The notes beneath the pieces were generated by a model. The model saw only the letters and a program-made list of their open reading frames with translations. It had not been told where the DNA came from and did not search any database. Below are positions 1 to 8,042 of a stretch of 42,113 nt of DNA, piece after piece. How positions within the stretch are numbered: position 1 is the stretch's first letter; each line of letters begins with the position of its first letter. The position numbers were made by a program, and so were the translations under genes. The DNA is from an uncultured Lysobacter sp. (GTDB lineage: Bacteria > Pseudomonadota > Gammaproteobacteria > Xanthomonadales > Xanthomonadaceae). The DNA is taken from positions 1 through 42,113 of the forward strand of contig CAZNRZ010000001.1 of NCBI GenBank assembly GCA_964575535.1, given 5' to 3'.

Positions 1-49
1 GGGCATCACCATGGCTTGCGCTTTGGCGCTGATTGTCCCGTGAAGCGCC

Positions 50-306
50 ATCAAAGGCGTTTCGTGCGCTGACGCGCCCGAGCGACTTTTCTTTGCTGGC
101 ACAAAGAAAAGTAGCCAAAAGAAATGCCTTCCCCGAGGTGGTGCACAGCTCGCGACCGTGCGGGTACGCAGGCGGCGGTCACACTCGGCATCCTTGATGC
201 CCGCCGCAGCGCGGCGGGCGTTCGTCAGCGCGCGAGCCAGTGGCTCGCAAGCAGCGCTTCCTCACTGGGTGACCGCGGCGGCCATCCATGGCCGCCGCCC
301 TCCGGG
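50..306 (+). repeat. Left copy of a ~250-bp multi-hairpin dispersed repeat (non-autonomous element or structured RNA)
   Basis: 57-135 and 180-271 are reverse complements (few mismatches) of 812-889 and 679-769. Internal hairpins at 85-112, 232-248 and 275-298. No credible ORF. Confidence 0.85.
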
Positions 307-373
307 CCGTGGTTTCAGGTAGCGCACCGCACTTGGCGATTCACTGGAATCAGGCACCCAAGCCGACGGGTTT

Positions 374-448
374 CGTAGCCCGGGTAAGCGCAGCGCACCC
401 GGCAACCGCGTTATTAATCCCGGGTGCGCTGCGCTTACCCGGGCTACG
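374..448. repeat. GTAG-family REP doublet (REPIN-like): two inverted copies of GTAGCCCGGGTAAGCGCAGCGCACCCGG
   Basis: 374-402 and 420-448 are perfect inverted copies, each with a GTAG end and an internal palindrome. 417-452 recurs identically (36 bp) at 41906-41941. Confidence 0.9.
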
Positions 449-642
449 CGGCTGCGTTGATCCGCACCCAACCCAGCGGGCCACCGGCGTAGCCAATGAC
501 GTTCGCGGTCGCACAAGCCAGTGGCTCGGACGCGCGACCACTCACTTCCCGATGGGAGAGCTCAAGGGCCGTCGAAGATTGGAGATGCGGGTTTTGGCTT
601 TGCGGCTTCACGAACCCGCAACCGCCACGACCAACCGTGAGA

Positions 643-896
643 CCCCGAAGGGGCGGCGCACAGGAGGTGCGCCGTTCGCACCCAGTGAGGAAGCGCTGCT
701 TGCGAGCCACCGGCTCGCGCGCTGACGAACGCCCGCCGCGCTGCGGCGGGCCGAAGGATGGCGAGTGTGCGAATCCCGGCGTACTACCAGGATTGCCTGC
801 TGTAGATCCGTCGGGGAAAGGTGCTTTCTTTGGTTACTTTCTTTGCACCAGCAAAGAAAGTGACTCGGGCGCGTCAGCGTACGAAACGCTGTTGAT
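643..896 (-). repeat. Right, inverted copy of the ~250-bp multi-hairpin repeat
   Basis: Reverse complement aligns colinearly with 50-306. Hairpins at 654-674 and 836-861. Confidence 0.85.
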
Positions 897-999
897 CTTG
901 CTTCCCGCCCGTCAGATGTAGACAGCGAAGCCGTTTCCCGCGCGTTTCGCACGAATAGGGGCGTTCTTCGCCATATCTCATTTCCAACCAGAAACCGAA

Positions 1000-1036
1000 C
1001 CCTCACCCCAACCCCTCTCCCGAGGGGAGAGGGGCT
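1000..1036. repeat. CCCTCACCCCAACCCCTCTCCC...GGAGAGGGG palindromic repeat/hairpin
   Basis: Stem CCCCTCTCC / GGAGAGGGG is visible. It resembles a dispersed palindromic repeat I recall from Xanthomonadaceae; not database-checked. Confidence 0.6.
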
Positions 1037-1178
1037 TCAACGGACGCGGCCCGATGTCGCGTCGTCCCGTTACGTCACTCCACCCTGTGCGCCACCGGCA
1101 TTACCGGCGGCATCGGCGCAGGGAGGGAACCCAAAGCACAAAGACCGAAGCAGTCCGACCGGCCCGCCATCGAACCCC

Positions 1179-1730
1179 TCAGAACAACCCCTGCTGCGGA
1201 TCCTCCGGCAACGAGTAATCCAACCGCCCATCGACGATCCGCGCCGCGCCCGTATACGGATGCTCCTTCGCTCCACCCGACGACTGCAGGTGCAGCACCG
1301 TCCACCCGTCCGCCTTGAAGTCGTCCGAGATCAGGCTTCGATGGCACTGCCACCACAGCGCCTCCGCGCACATCACCGTCGTGCGCTCGCGCGCCGCCAC
1401 CTCGGCGAGTTGATCTCGCGCCTTCCGGTACTCGCCGGTCTCCATGTAGTCCGCATAACCGCGGAATGCCGGATGCCGCCAAGCGACGTTGCGGGTGTCG
1501 GGACGCGCGCGGCGGCGGCCGCCGAGGTCGGGCATGGGCACGTAGCGGATGCCCGCTTCGGGCAGCGCCTCGCGCATCGCTTCCGTACCGTACTGGGGGT
1601 GCCGCCGCGAACCGGCGAAGCGCCGCACGTCCACCACCGTCTCGATGCCCGACTCGTTCAGCAGCCGCACGAACGTGTCCCAGGGATGCGTGGAATGCCC
1701 GATCGTCCACAGCGTGTGCATGGCGTCCAT
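1179..1730 (-). CDS. DUF488 domain-containing protein
   Basis: Motifs WTIGHS, VVDVRRF, LGGRR and MCAE..WWQCHR. Start placed at ATG 1730 (1721 is an alternative). Confidence 0.85.
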   Translation of the reverse strand: MDAMHTLWTIGHSTHPWDTFVRLLNESGIETVVDVRRFAGSRRHPQYGTEAMREALPEAGIRYVPMPDLGGRRRARPDTRNVAWRHPAFRGYADYMETGEYRKARDQLAEVAARERTTVMCAEALWWQCHRSLISDDFKADGWTVLHLQSSGGAKEHPYTGAARIVDGRLDYSLPEDPQQGLF

Positions 1731-1737
1731 GCGCCGC

Positions 1738-1787
1738 ATGGTCCCCGAAGGGCGATGAAGCGGCGTTGACGGCGGCGCGCCTAGGCT
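1738..1787. promoter_or_regulatory. Putative bidirectional promoter with two shared pentamer boxes (1755-1759, 1765-1770)
   Basis: Plus strand: ATGAA-N6-TTGAC-N11-TAGGCT. Minus strand: TCAAC-N5-TTCAT-N11-GACCAT-N7-ATG. Confidence 0.45.
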
Positions 1788-1810
1788 GGCGCGATCCACG
1801 GAGACCCGAC

Positions 1811-3496
1811 ATGTCCGAGCCCACCACTGGCCTCGCCCGCCAGGCGCAGATCCTGAAGTTCCTGCTGAAGTACCGCACCGCCGGCGTCTTCAGCGGCCTC
1901 GACCAGGACGCGATGCTGCAGGAGGTCGAAGCCGAGACCGAGCGCGCGGAGCCCGGCAAGCCCGAGGAATTCGTGCGCGACCTCGAAGCGCTGGGCCCCA
2001 CCTTCATCAAGCTGGGACAGGCGCTTTCGACCCGGCCGGACATGGTGCCGGGCGATTACCTCGTCGCGCTGGAGCGCATGCAGGACAACGTCACCGAGCT
2101 GCCGTTCGACACGGTGCGCGCGGTGGTCGAGGAAGAACTCGGCGTACGCATCAACAAGATGTTCGATACGTTCGACGAGGCGCCGCTGGGCAGCGCGTCG
2201 CTGGCGCAGGTGCACCGCGCGGTGTTGCGCGACGGCCGCGAGGTGGCGGTGAAAGTGCAGCGGCCGGAGGCGCTGGCGAGCGTGCGCACCGATCTGGAGG
2301 CGCTGAAGTCGATCGGCAGCAAGGTCGAGCGCGGCACCGACATCGGCCGCCGCCTCAAGTTCGGCGACTGGGTGTCCGAGTTCAGCCGCACGCTGATGGC
2401 CGAGCTCGACTACCGCGTGGAAGCCGAGAACCTGCAGCGCTTCGGGGAGCGCCTGCAGCCCTATCCGCAGCTGCTGGTGCCGAGCCCGGTCTGGAGCCTG
2501 AGCGGCAAGCGCGTGCTCACGATGGATCTGGTCAAGGGCCGCAAGGTCACCGACATCACCGGGATCGAGCGCACCGAGAAGCCGCTGGCCGACCTCGCCT
2601 CCGCGCTGCTGCGCGGCTATCTCGACCAGGCCTTCGTGCACGGCGAGATCCACGCGGACCCGCATCCGGGCAACCTGCTGCTCACTGAGGACGGCCGGCT
2701 GGCGATCTTCGACCTCGGAATGATCGCGCACGTGCCGCCCAAGCGCCGCGACCGCCTGCTCAAACTGCTCTTCGCCGCCGTCGACGGCCGCGGCGAGGAC
2801 GTGGCCAACGAAGGCATCTCGATCAGCACGCGGCTGGAGGATTTCGACGAGGAGCGCTACACGCGCGAGATCGGGCAGCTGGTGTCGGGCTATGCCGCGC
2901 GTTCGGGCGGGCGCACGGTATCGGAAGGCCGGCTGGTACTCGACCTCACCCGCGTGGGCACCGCCTGCGGCCTGCGCACGCCACCGGAGCTGAGCCTTCT
3001 GGGCAAGACCCTGCTCAACCTGGAAGGCATCTGCGACGCGCTGGATCCGGACATGGACGCCAAGGAAGTCGTGCGCGAGCACCTGCAGACGGTAATGAGC
3101 CAGCGGCTGCGGCGCTCGCTCTCCCCGGCGGGCCTTGCGGGCGAACTGATCGAGGTCGAAGGCCTGGTGCGCGAGGCGCCGCGCAAGCTCAACAACCTGC
3201 TGACGCTGCTGGCAGACAACCGCCTGCAGGTGCGCATCGACGGACTCGACGATTCGAAGCTGATGGAGAACGTGCAGAAGGTGGCGAACCGCATCACGGT
3301 CGGCCTGATCATCGCCGCGCTGCTGGTGTCGTCGGCGCTGATGATGCGCGTGGAAACGGGCACGAGGCTGTTCGGCTATCCGGCCGTGGCGATCGTGCTT
3401 TTCCTCGTCGCCGCGGTGCTGGGCCTGTTCGTCGTGGGCAGCGTGCTGCTCAGCGATCGCAAGGCCAAACCGCGGGAGCAGGTGGGGCCGGGCTGA
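1811..3496 (+). CDS. AarF/ABC1/UbiB family atypical kinase with C-terminal TM helices
   Basis: LGPTFIKLGQ, SASLAQVH, VAVKVQRP, HADPHPGN and DLGM motifs; two hydrophobic C-terminal segments. GGAG RBS precedes ATG 1811. Confidence 0.92.
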   Translation: MSEPTTGLARQAQILKFLLKYRTAGVFSGLDQDAMLQEVEAETERAEPGKPEEFVRDLEALGPTFIKLGQALSTRPDMVPGDYLVALERMQDNVTELPFDTVRAVVEEELGVRINKMFDTFDEAPLGSASLAQVHRAVLRDGREVAVKVQRPEALASVRTDLEALKSIGSKVERGTDIGRRLKFGDWVSEFSRTLMAELDYRVEAENLQRFGERLQPYPQLLVPSPVWSLSGKRVLTMDLVKGRKVTDITGIERTEKPLADLASALLRGYLDQAFVHGEIHADPHPGNLLLTEDGRLAIFDLGMIAHVPPKRRDRLLKLLFAAVDGRGEDVANEGISISTRLEDFDEERYTREIGQLVSGYAARSGGRTVSEGRLVLDLTRVGTACGLRTPPELSLLGKTLLNLEGICDALDPDMDAKEVVREHLQTVMSQRLRRSLSPAGLAGELIEVEGLVREAPRKLNNLLTLLADNRLQVRIDGLDDSKLMENVQKVANRITVGLIIAALLVSSALMMRVETGTRLFGYPAVAIVLFLVAAVLGLFVVGSVLLSDRKAKPREQVGPG

Positions 3497-3833
3497 GGGT
3501 GGTCCGCAGCCTGTGGGGATCGGGGCGTGTATGCGTCGGCGTGACGGGTCCCTCTCTGCGCCCCGACGGCGGGATGCGGTCCACATGCGTATTTGATCCG
3601 ACGGCGCGTACTCCGAACGCGGTCGCGCCCGCCACTTAATGGTTCATCGCGGTCGTCGGCAACGAACGCTGCCTCTGATCTCGCCTCGTGTCATCCCGAG
3701 CGACGCGACGGATCGCGTGTTGTGCCACATCGTCGATCTGTTACTCCGCGTGGCCGCCCGCTTCGGTCCTGGGCACAAGCTGAATACCGCCGCTATTCAC
3801 GCGGGCAACCCTGAACATCTGAACCACCGCTGC

Positions 3834-3861
3834 TTGCACGCGCTTTTCACCGGTCTACTCT
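3834..3861 (+). promoter_or_regulatory. Putative sigma70 promoter TTGCAC-N16-TACTCT
   Basis: Partial consensus match about 65 nt upstream of the CDS at 3925. Confidence 0.35.
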
Positions 3862-3924
3862 ACGGACTGGCTTCACGGGGCGACGACGTCCCTGAAGCGT
3901 CCGCAATCACCGGGGACCAGCTCG

Positions 3925-4683
3925 ATGCGCATTTCCGTTCTCGCGGCCACCGCCGCGGCATGCCTTCTGCCTGCCATCACCATTGCCGAGCCGAACGCGC
4001 CTGCGCGCCCGGCCACGCCGCTGCCGACCTCGACGGTGCCTGCGGTGAATCCGGTCGCCGACCGCGCCCAGCGCCTCGCCGCGCTGGCGCCGGGCGCGAG
4101 CGTCGAAGTGGTGCGCCTTGCACTGGCCGCGCGCGAGTGCGCCATCGGTAGCGGCGACGCGACCGGCCAAGGCCAGCGCCTCGCCGTCATCGACTACTCC
4201 AAGCCCTCCACCGCCACGCGCATGTGGGTGTTCGACCTGCGGAACGACCGGCTGCTCTATGCCGAGCACGTGGCCCACGGCCAGGGCAGCGGCGCCAACT
4301 TCGCGACCGCCTTCTCCAACCGCGAGGGCAGCCACCAGACCAGCCTCGGCCTGTTCCGCACCGCCGAGACCTACCACGGCGGCAATGGCTACTCGCTGCG
4401 CATGGACGGGCTGGATCCGGGCTTCAACGACGCCGCCCGCCAGCGCGCGATCGTCATGCACGGCGCGCCCTACGTGAATCCGGCCGCGGCGCAGCAGAAC
4501 GGCCGCCTCGGCCGCAGCCACGGCTGCCCGGCGGTGCGTTCGCAGGTGGCACGCGAGATCATCGACACGCTCAAGGGCGGGCAGTTCGTGTTCTCGTACT
4601 ACCCCGATCCCGCCTTCCTGCGCAGCTCGCGCATGCTGGCCTGCAACGCCGGCGGCGGCGGACTGCGTACCGCGGCGCGCTGA
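3925..4683 (+). CDS. Murein L,D-transpeptidase catalytic domain protein (YkuD_2-like), exported
   Basis: Signal-peptide-like N-terminus; IDYSKPS, VAHGQGSG, IVMHGA and GRSHGCPAV (catalytic His/Cys) motifs. Confidence 0.88.
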   Translation: MRISVLAATAAACLLPAITIAEPNAPARPATPLPTSTVPAVNPVADRAQRLAALAPGASVEVVRLALAARECAIGSGDATGQGQRLAVIDYSKPSTATRMWVFDLRNDRLLYAEHVAHGQGSGANFATAFSNREGSHQTSLGLFRTAETYHGGNGYSLRMDGLDPGFNDAARQRAIVMHGAPYVNPAAAQQNGRLGRSHGCPAVRSQVAREIIDTLKGGQFVFSYYPDPAFLRSSRMLACNAGGGGLRTAAR

Positions 4684-4729
4684 CGACGAGGCGCCCCGCT
4701 ACCGCGGGCGCATGCACGGGGCATTGAAG

Positions 4730-4759
4730 CGGGCGGCCACACACTGGCCGCCCGTTTTC
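4730..4759 (+). terminator. Hairpin with short U tract after the L,D-transpeptidase gene
   Basis: CGGGCGGCCA-cacac-TGGCCGCCCG-TTTT. Confidence 0.6.
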
Positions 4760-4773
4760 CGTTCAGGCCACCG

Positions 4774-6030
4774 ATGTCGCACGCCTCCACGCCGAAGCCG
4801 CCCGCCCACGTCCGCCGTTACCTGCAGTCGGCCGTCATCCACGCCGATGACCACATCGACGCCGCGCGCCAGCGCTTCCGCCGCGTGTTCCGCAGCAACC
4901 GTCCGCGCCACATTGCCGCCTACCGCGGCTGGGGCGACGCCAGCGGCGTGCAGATGATCGGCCGCGTGCTGGCCGACCGGCCGGAGGGCGGCCCGTCCGA
5001 GGCCGCGGGCTGGTGGGACAACCTGCTCGACACCTACCGCCGCTTCGAAACCGACGAAGTGCCCGGCCAGGCGGTGAAGGTGCAGTTCGGCGCGGGCGTG
5101 GTGGAGGCGGTGACCGACCACGAGGGCTACTACCAGGCCGCGCTGCCCGGCATGGCCTGCGACGCGCTCTGGGCCAACGCCTCCGCCAGCCTGCCCGACG
5201 GTGGCCTGCTGACCCCGCAGCCGGTGCTGATGGTGCATCCCGGCGCGCGCATCGGCGTCATCTCCGACATCGACGACACCATCCTCGAAAGCGGCATCAC
5301 CAACTGGAAGACCGCCGCGCAGCTCACCTTCCTGCACAACGCGCGCACGCGGAAGCCGCTCAAGGGCGTGGCCACGCTCTACCAGGCGCTGCAGGACGGC
5401 GCCGACGGCGCGGGCCACACGCCGATCTTCTACGTCTCCAGCTCGCCGTGGAACCTCTACGACCTGCTGGAGGATTTCATGGAGCTCAACGCGATCCCGC
5501 CCGGTCCCGTATTCCTGCGGGACCTCGGCACCGATACCGGCAAGTTCATCAAGACGCAGGGCCATGGCCACAAGCTCGAGCGCGCGCGCGAGCTGATCCA
5601 GCGCTTCCCCACCCTGCGCTGGGTGCTGCTGGGCGATTCCGGCCAGGCCGACGCCGAGCTCTACACCCACGCCGCCGAGGAATTCGGCGACCGCATCGCC
5701 GCGATCTACATCCGCGACGTCGATCCGTCGCTCGATTCGGATTACGACCGGTCCGTCGGCGCGCATTTCGAGCGGGTGTCCAGCAGCGGCGTGCCGATGC
5801 TGCTGGCGAAGGACAGTCGCGCCATCGCCGAGCACGCGGCCGGCATCGGGCTGATCGATGCGTCGTGGCTGGAGGCCATCGCCCGCGAGGTCGAGCGGGA
5901 CGACGAGCGCCCCACGCTGGGCGAGGCAGCCGCGGACGCTGCGGTCGAAGGCGAAAAGGGCGCTGCGCAGCCGGGCATCAAGGACGCCGGCGCCGCGGCC
6001 GCGGGCGAGCCGCCGGAGGCGGTCGAGTAG
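4774..6030 (+). CDS. App1 family (DUF2183) phosphatidate phosphatase-like protein
   Basis: GVISDIDDT (DxDxT), FYVSSSPWNLY, LLGDSGQAD and AIYIRDV motifs. Confidence 0.85.
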   Translation: MSHASTPKPPAHVRRYLQSAVIHADDHIDAARQRFRRVFRSNRPRHIAAYRGWGDASGVQMIGRVLADRPEGGPSEAAGWWDNLLDTYRRFETDEVPGQAVKVQFGAGVVEAVTDHEGYYQAALPGMACDALWANASASLPDGGLLTPQPVLMVHPGARIGVISDIDDTILESGITNWKTAAQLTFLHNARTRKPLKGVATLYQALQDGADGAGHTPIFYVSSSPWNLYDLLEDFMELNAIPPGPVFLRDLGTDTGKFIKTQGHGHKLERARELIQRFPTLRWVLLGDSGQADAELYTHAAEEFGDRIAAIYIRDVDPSLDSDYDRSVGAHFERVSSSGVPMLLAKDSRAIAEHAAGIGLIDASWLEAIAREVERDDERPTLGEAAADAAVEGEKGAAQPGIKDAGAAAAGEPPEAVE

Positions 6031-6060
6031 AATCCGCGTCCCGCTTCAGCCTGTACCGCG

Positions 6061-6870
6061 ATGTCCTCGCCTTTCGGCACCGAGACCGTGCTCGACGTCC
6101 GCCACTGGACGGACGCCTACTTCAGCTTCACCACCACCCGCGACGACGGCTTCCGGTTCGACAACGGGCAGTTCGTGATGATCGGGCTGCCGGTCGAGCA
6201 GCCCGACGGCACGCAGCGGCCGCTGATGCGTGCGTACTCGATCGCCAGCGCGAACTGGGAAGAGCAGCTCGAGTTCTTCAGCATCAAGGTGCCCGACGGC
6301 CCGCTGACCTCGCGCCTGCAGCACATCCGGCCCGGCGACACCGTGCTCATCGGCCGCAAGCCTACCGGGACGCTGCTGATCTCCGACCTGCACCCCGGCC
6401 GCAACCTCTACCTGCTGGGCACCGGCACCGGCTTCGCGCCGTGGCTGTCGATCATCAAGGATCCGGAAACCTACGAGCGCTTCGAGCGCGTGGTGCTCTG
6501 CCACGGAGTGCGCTCGGCGGCCGACCTCGCCTACCGCGACTACATCGTCAACGAGCTGCCCCGCCACGAGTTCCTGGGCGAGCAGATCACGAAGCAGCTG
6601 CTGTACTACCCTGCCGTGTCGCGCGAAGGCTTCGACTTCGACGGCCACGACCATCGCGGCCGCCTGACCGAGCTGATGGACAGCGGCCGGATGATGGAGC
6701 GGCTTGGCATCGAAGCGCTCGACGCCGCGCAGGACCGCGCCATGATCTGTGGCAGCCCGCAGATGCTCGCCGACTTCCGCGCCCTGCTCGACGCGCGCGG
6801 CTTCACCGCGGCCCCTCGCATCGGCGTAGCCGGGCAGTACGTATTCGAGCGCGCGTTCGTCGAGAAGTGA
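6061..6870 (+). CDS. fpr: Ferredoxin--NADP+ reductase (bacterial subclass I)
   Basis: RAYSIAS, GPLTSRL, GTGTGFAP and MICGSP motifs; C-terminal AFVEK. Confidence 0.95.
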   Translation: MSSPFGTETVLDVRHWTDAYFSFTTTRDDGFRFDNGQFVMIGLPVEQPDGTQRPLMRAYSIASANWEEQLEFFSIKVPDGPLTSRLQHIRPGDTVLIGRKPTGTLLISDLHPGRNLYLLGTGTGFAPWLSIIKDPETYERFERVVLCHGVRSAADLAYRDYIVNELPRHEFLGEQITKQLLYYPAVSREGFDFDGHDHRGRLTELMDSGRMMERLGIEALDAAQDRAMICGSPQMLADFRALLDARGFTAAPRIGVAGQYVFERAFVEK

Positions 6871-6981
6871 GATGCGCGGCGTCGGCCGCGAACCGCACCG
6901 TCAACAGCACTACGCGTTCCTGACTCCCGCGGCGGAAGCCCGCGGACACCGCGGACGGCACGAGCGTCCGCCGTCGAACAG

Positions 6982-7887
6982 CTAGGCGACGACGCGCTCG
7001 GATCGCAGCGCGCCCCGGTAGGTCCGGCTGCACGGCACCGACGCGCCATCGCGCATCGCGATGCGCGCATCGCCGGTGTCGAGTGGCTCGATCTCGACCA
7101 CGCAGTCCAGGTTGACGATGTAGCTGCGATGCACGCGCAGGAAGCGTGCCGGATCGAGCTGCGACTCGATCGCCGCCATGGTGGTGCGCAGCGGATAGTC
7201 GCGCCCGCGCACGCGCAGGTTCACGTAGTTGCCGGCGGCCTGCAGCCACTCCACGTCCGCGGCCGCCACGAGGAACTCCTTGCCGAGCTTGCGCACGAGG
7301 AAGCGCTCGGGCCGTTCGGGGATCTCCGGAGCGGTCGTGCCTTCGGGCGGCGCGAGCACGGTGGCCTCGCCCTGCAGCCGGCGCAGCAGCAGCCGGTACA
7401 GCTCGATCGTGATGACCAGCCCGGCGAACTGCCTGACGTCCTTCAGGTATTCGTAGACGAAGGTCATCGCCCAGGGATCAGGCTGGTAGGCGTCGCCCTG
7501 CGTCGCGTAGATCGCCTTGCGCAGCGCGATCATCCCCGCCACGTGCGCCACGGACCACAGCACGCTCCCCAGCAGCAGCCATGGCAGGTTGCGGCGCCAG
7601 GTGTCGAAATGCAGCGGAAAGCGCCGGGTGAAGACGAGCACCGCCGGCACCAGCGCCAGCGCGACCAGATGGCTGGTCGACTCCCATACCGCGGGCTCCC
7701 ACGCCGCGAAGTCCAGGCCGCTGCGACGCACGTCCATCAGCACGGTGACGCTGTTGGCCACCGCGCCGATCAGGTAGCTGGCGATCCAGAAACCCCATTC
7801 GACGGAGCGTCGCCATGGGCGGTAGCGCTCCCAGAGCGTGTCGGCGGAGGCGGCGCCCGCGGGCGCCGGTGGGGTCGTCGGATCCAT
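6982..7887 (-). CDS. Membrane-anchored LytTR-family DNA-binding protein (no receiver domain)
   Basis: About four hydrophobic segments, then a LytTR domain (WLQAAGNYV, FLRVHRSYIVN, VPCSRTYR). Confidence 0.88.
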   Translation of the reverse strand: MDPTTPPAPAGAASADTLWERYRPWRRSVEWGFWIASYLIGAVANSVTVLMDVRRSGLDFAAWEPAVWESTSHLVALALVPAVLVFTRRFPLHFDTWRRNLPWLLLGSVLWSVAHVAGMIALRKAIYATQGDAYQPDPWAMTFVYEYLKDVRQFAGLVITIELYRLLLRRLQGEATVLAPPEGTTAPEIPERPERFLVRKLGKEFLVAAADVEWLQAAGNYVNLRVRGRDYPLRTTMAAIESQLDPARFLRVHRSYIVNLDCVVEIEPLDTGDARIAMRDGASVPCSRTYRGALRSERVVA

Positions 7888-7924
7888 CGCCGCATTCTCG
7901 CGCAGCCCGGTGCGCAGGGCGCCC

Positions 7925-7960
7925 CGGCTCGTCCCCGCGGCCCGCGGCTCGTCCCCGCGG
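7925..7960 (+). promoter_or_regulatory. Perfect 16-bp direct repeat (CGGCTCGTCCCCGCGG x2, 20-bp period); candidate LytTR operator
   Basis: Copies at 7925-7940 and 7945-7960 in the divergent intergenic region. LytTR domains bind direct repeats about two helical turns apart. Confidence 0.65.
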
Positions 7961-8042
7961 ATGGGCGATCAGTCACTTGCCGCTGTCCAGCGACGGGCCG
8001 CGCCATCGAGCCTTACGCCACCGCCTCCCCGAAGCCGCCCGC

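Noticed and set aside
1-12. Possible minus-strand gene start (CAT at 4-6 and 10-12) running off the window
   Set aside because: Too little sequence to support a call.
50-896. CRISPR array or autonomous IS/composite transposon
   Set aside because: Repeats are inverted rather than regularly spaced direct repeats; no cas or transposase ORF and no target-site duplication.
124-1006. ORFs in the repeat region (124-378, 288-725, 496-921, 608-1006 and others)
   Set aside because: They are translations of palindromic repeats, with the same peptides on both strands (e.g. RRSAAGVRQRAS), and have no recognisable domain.
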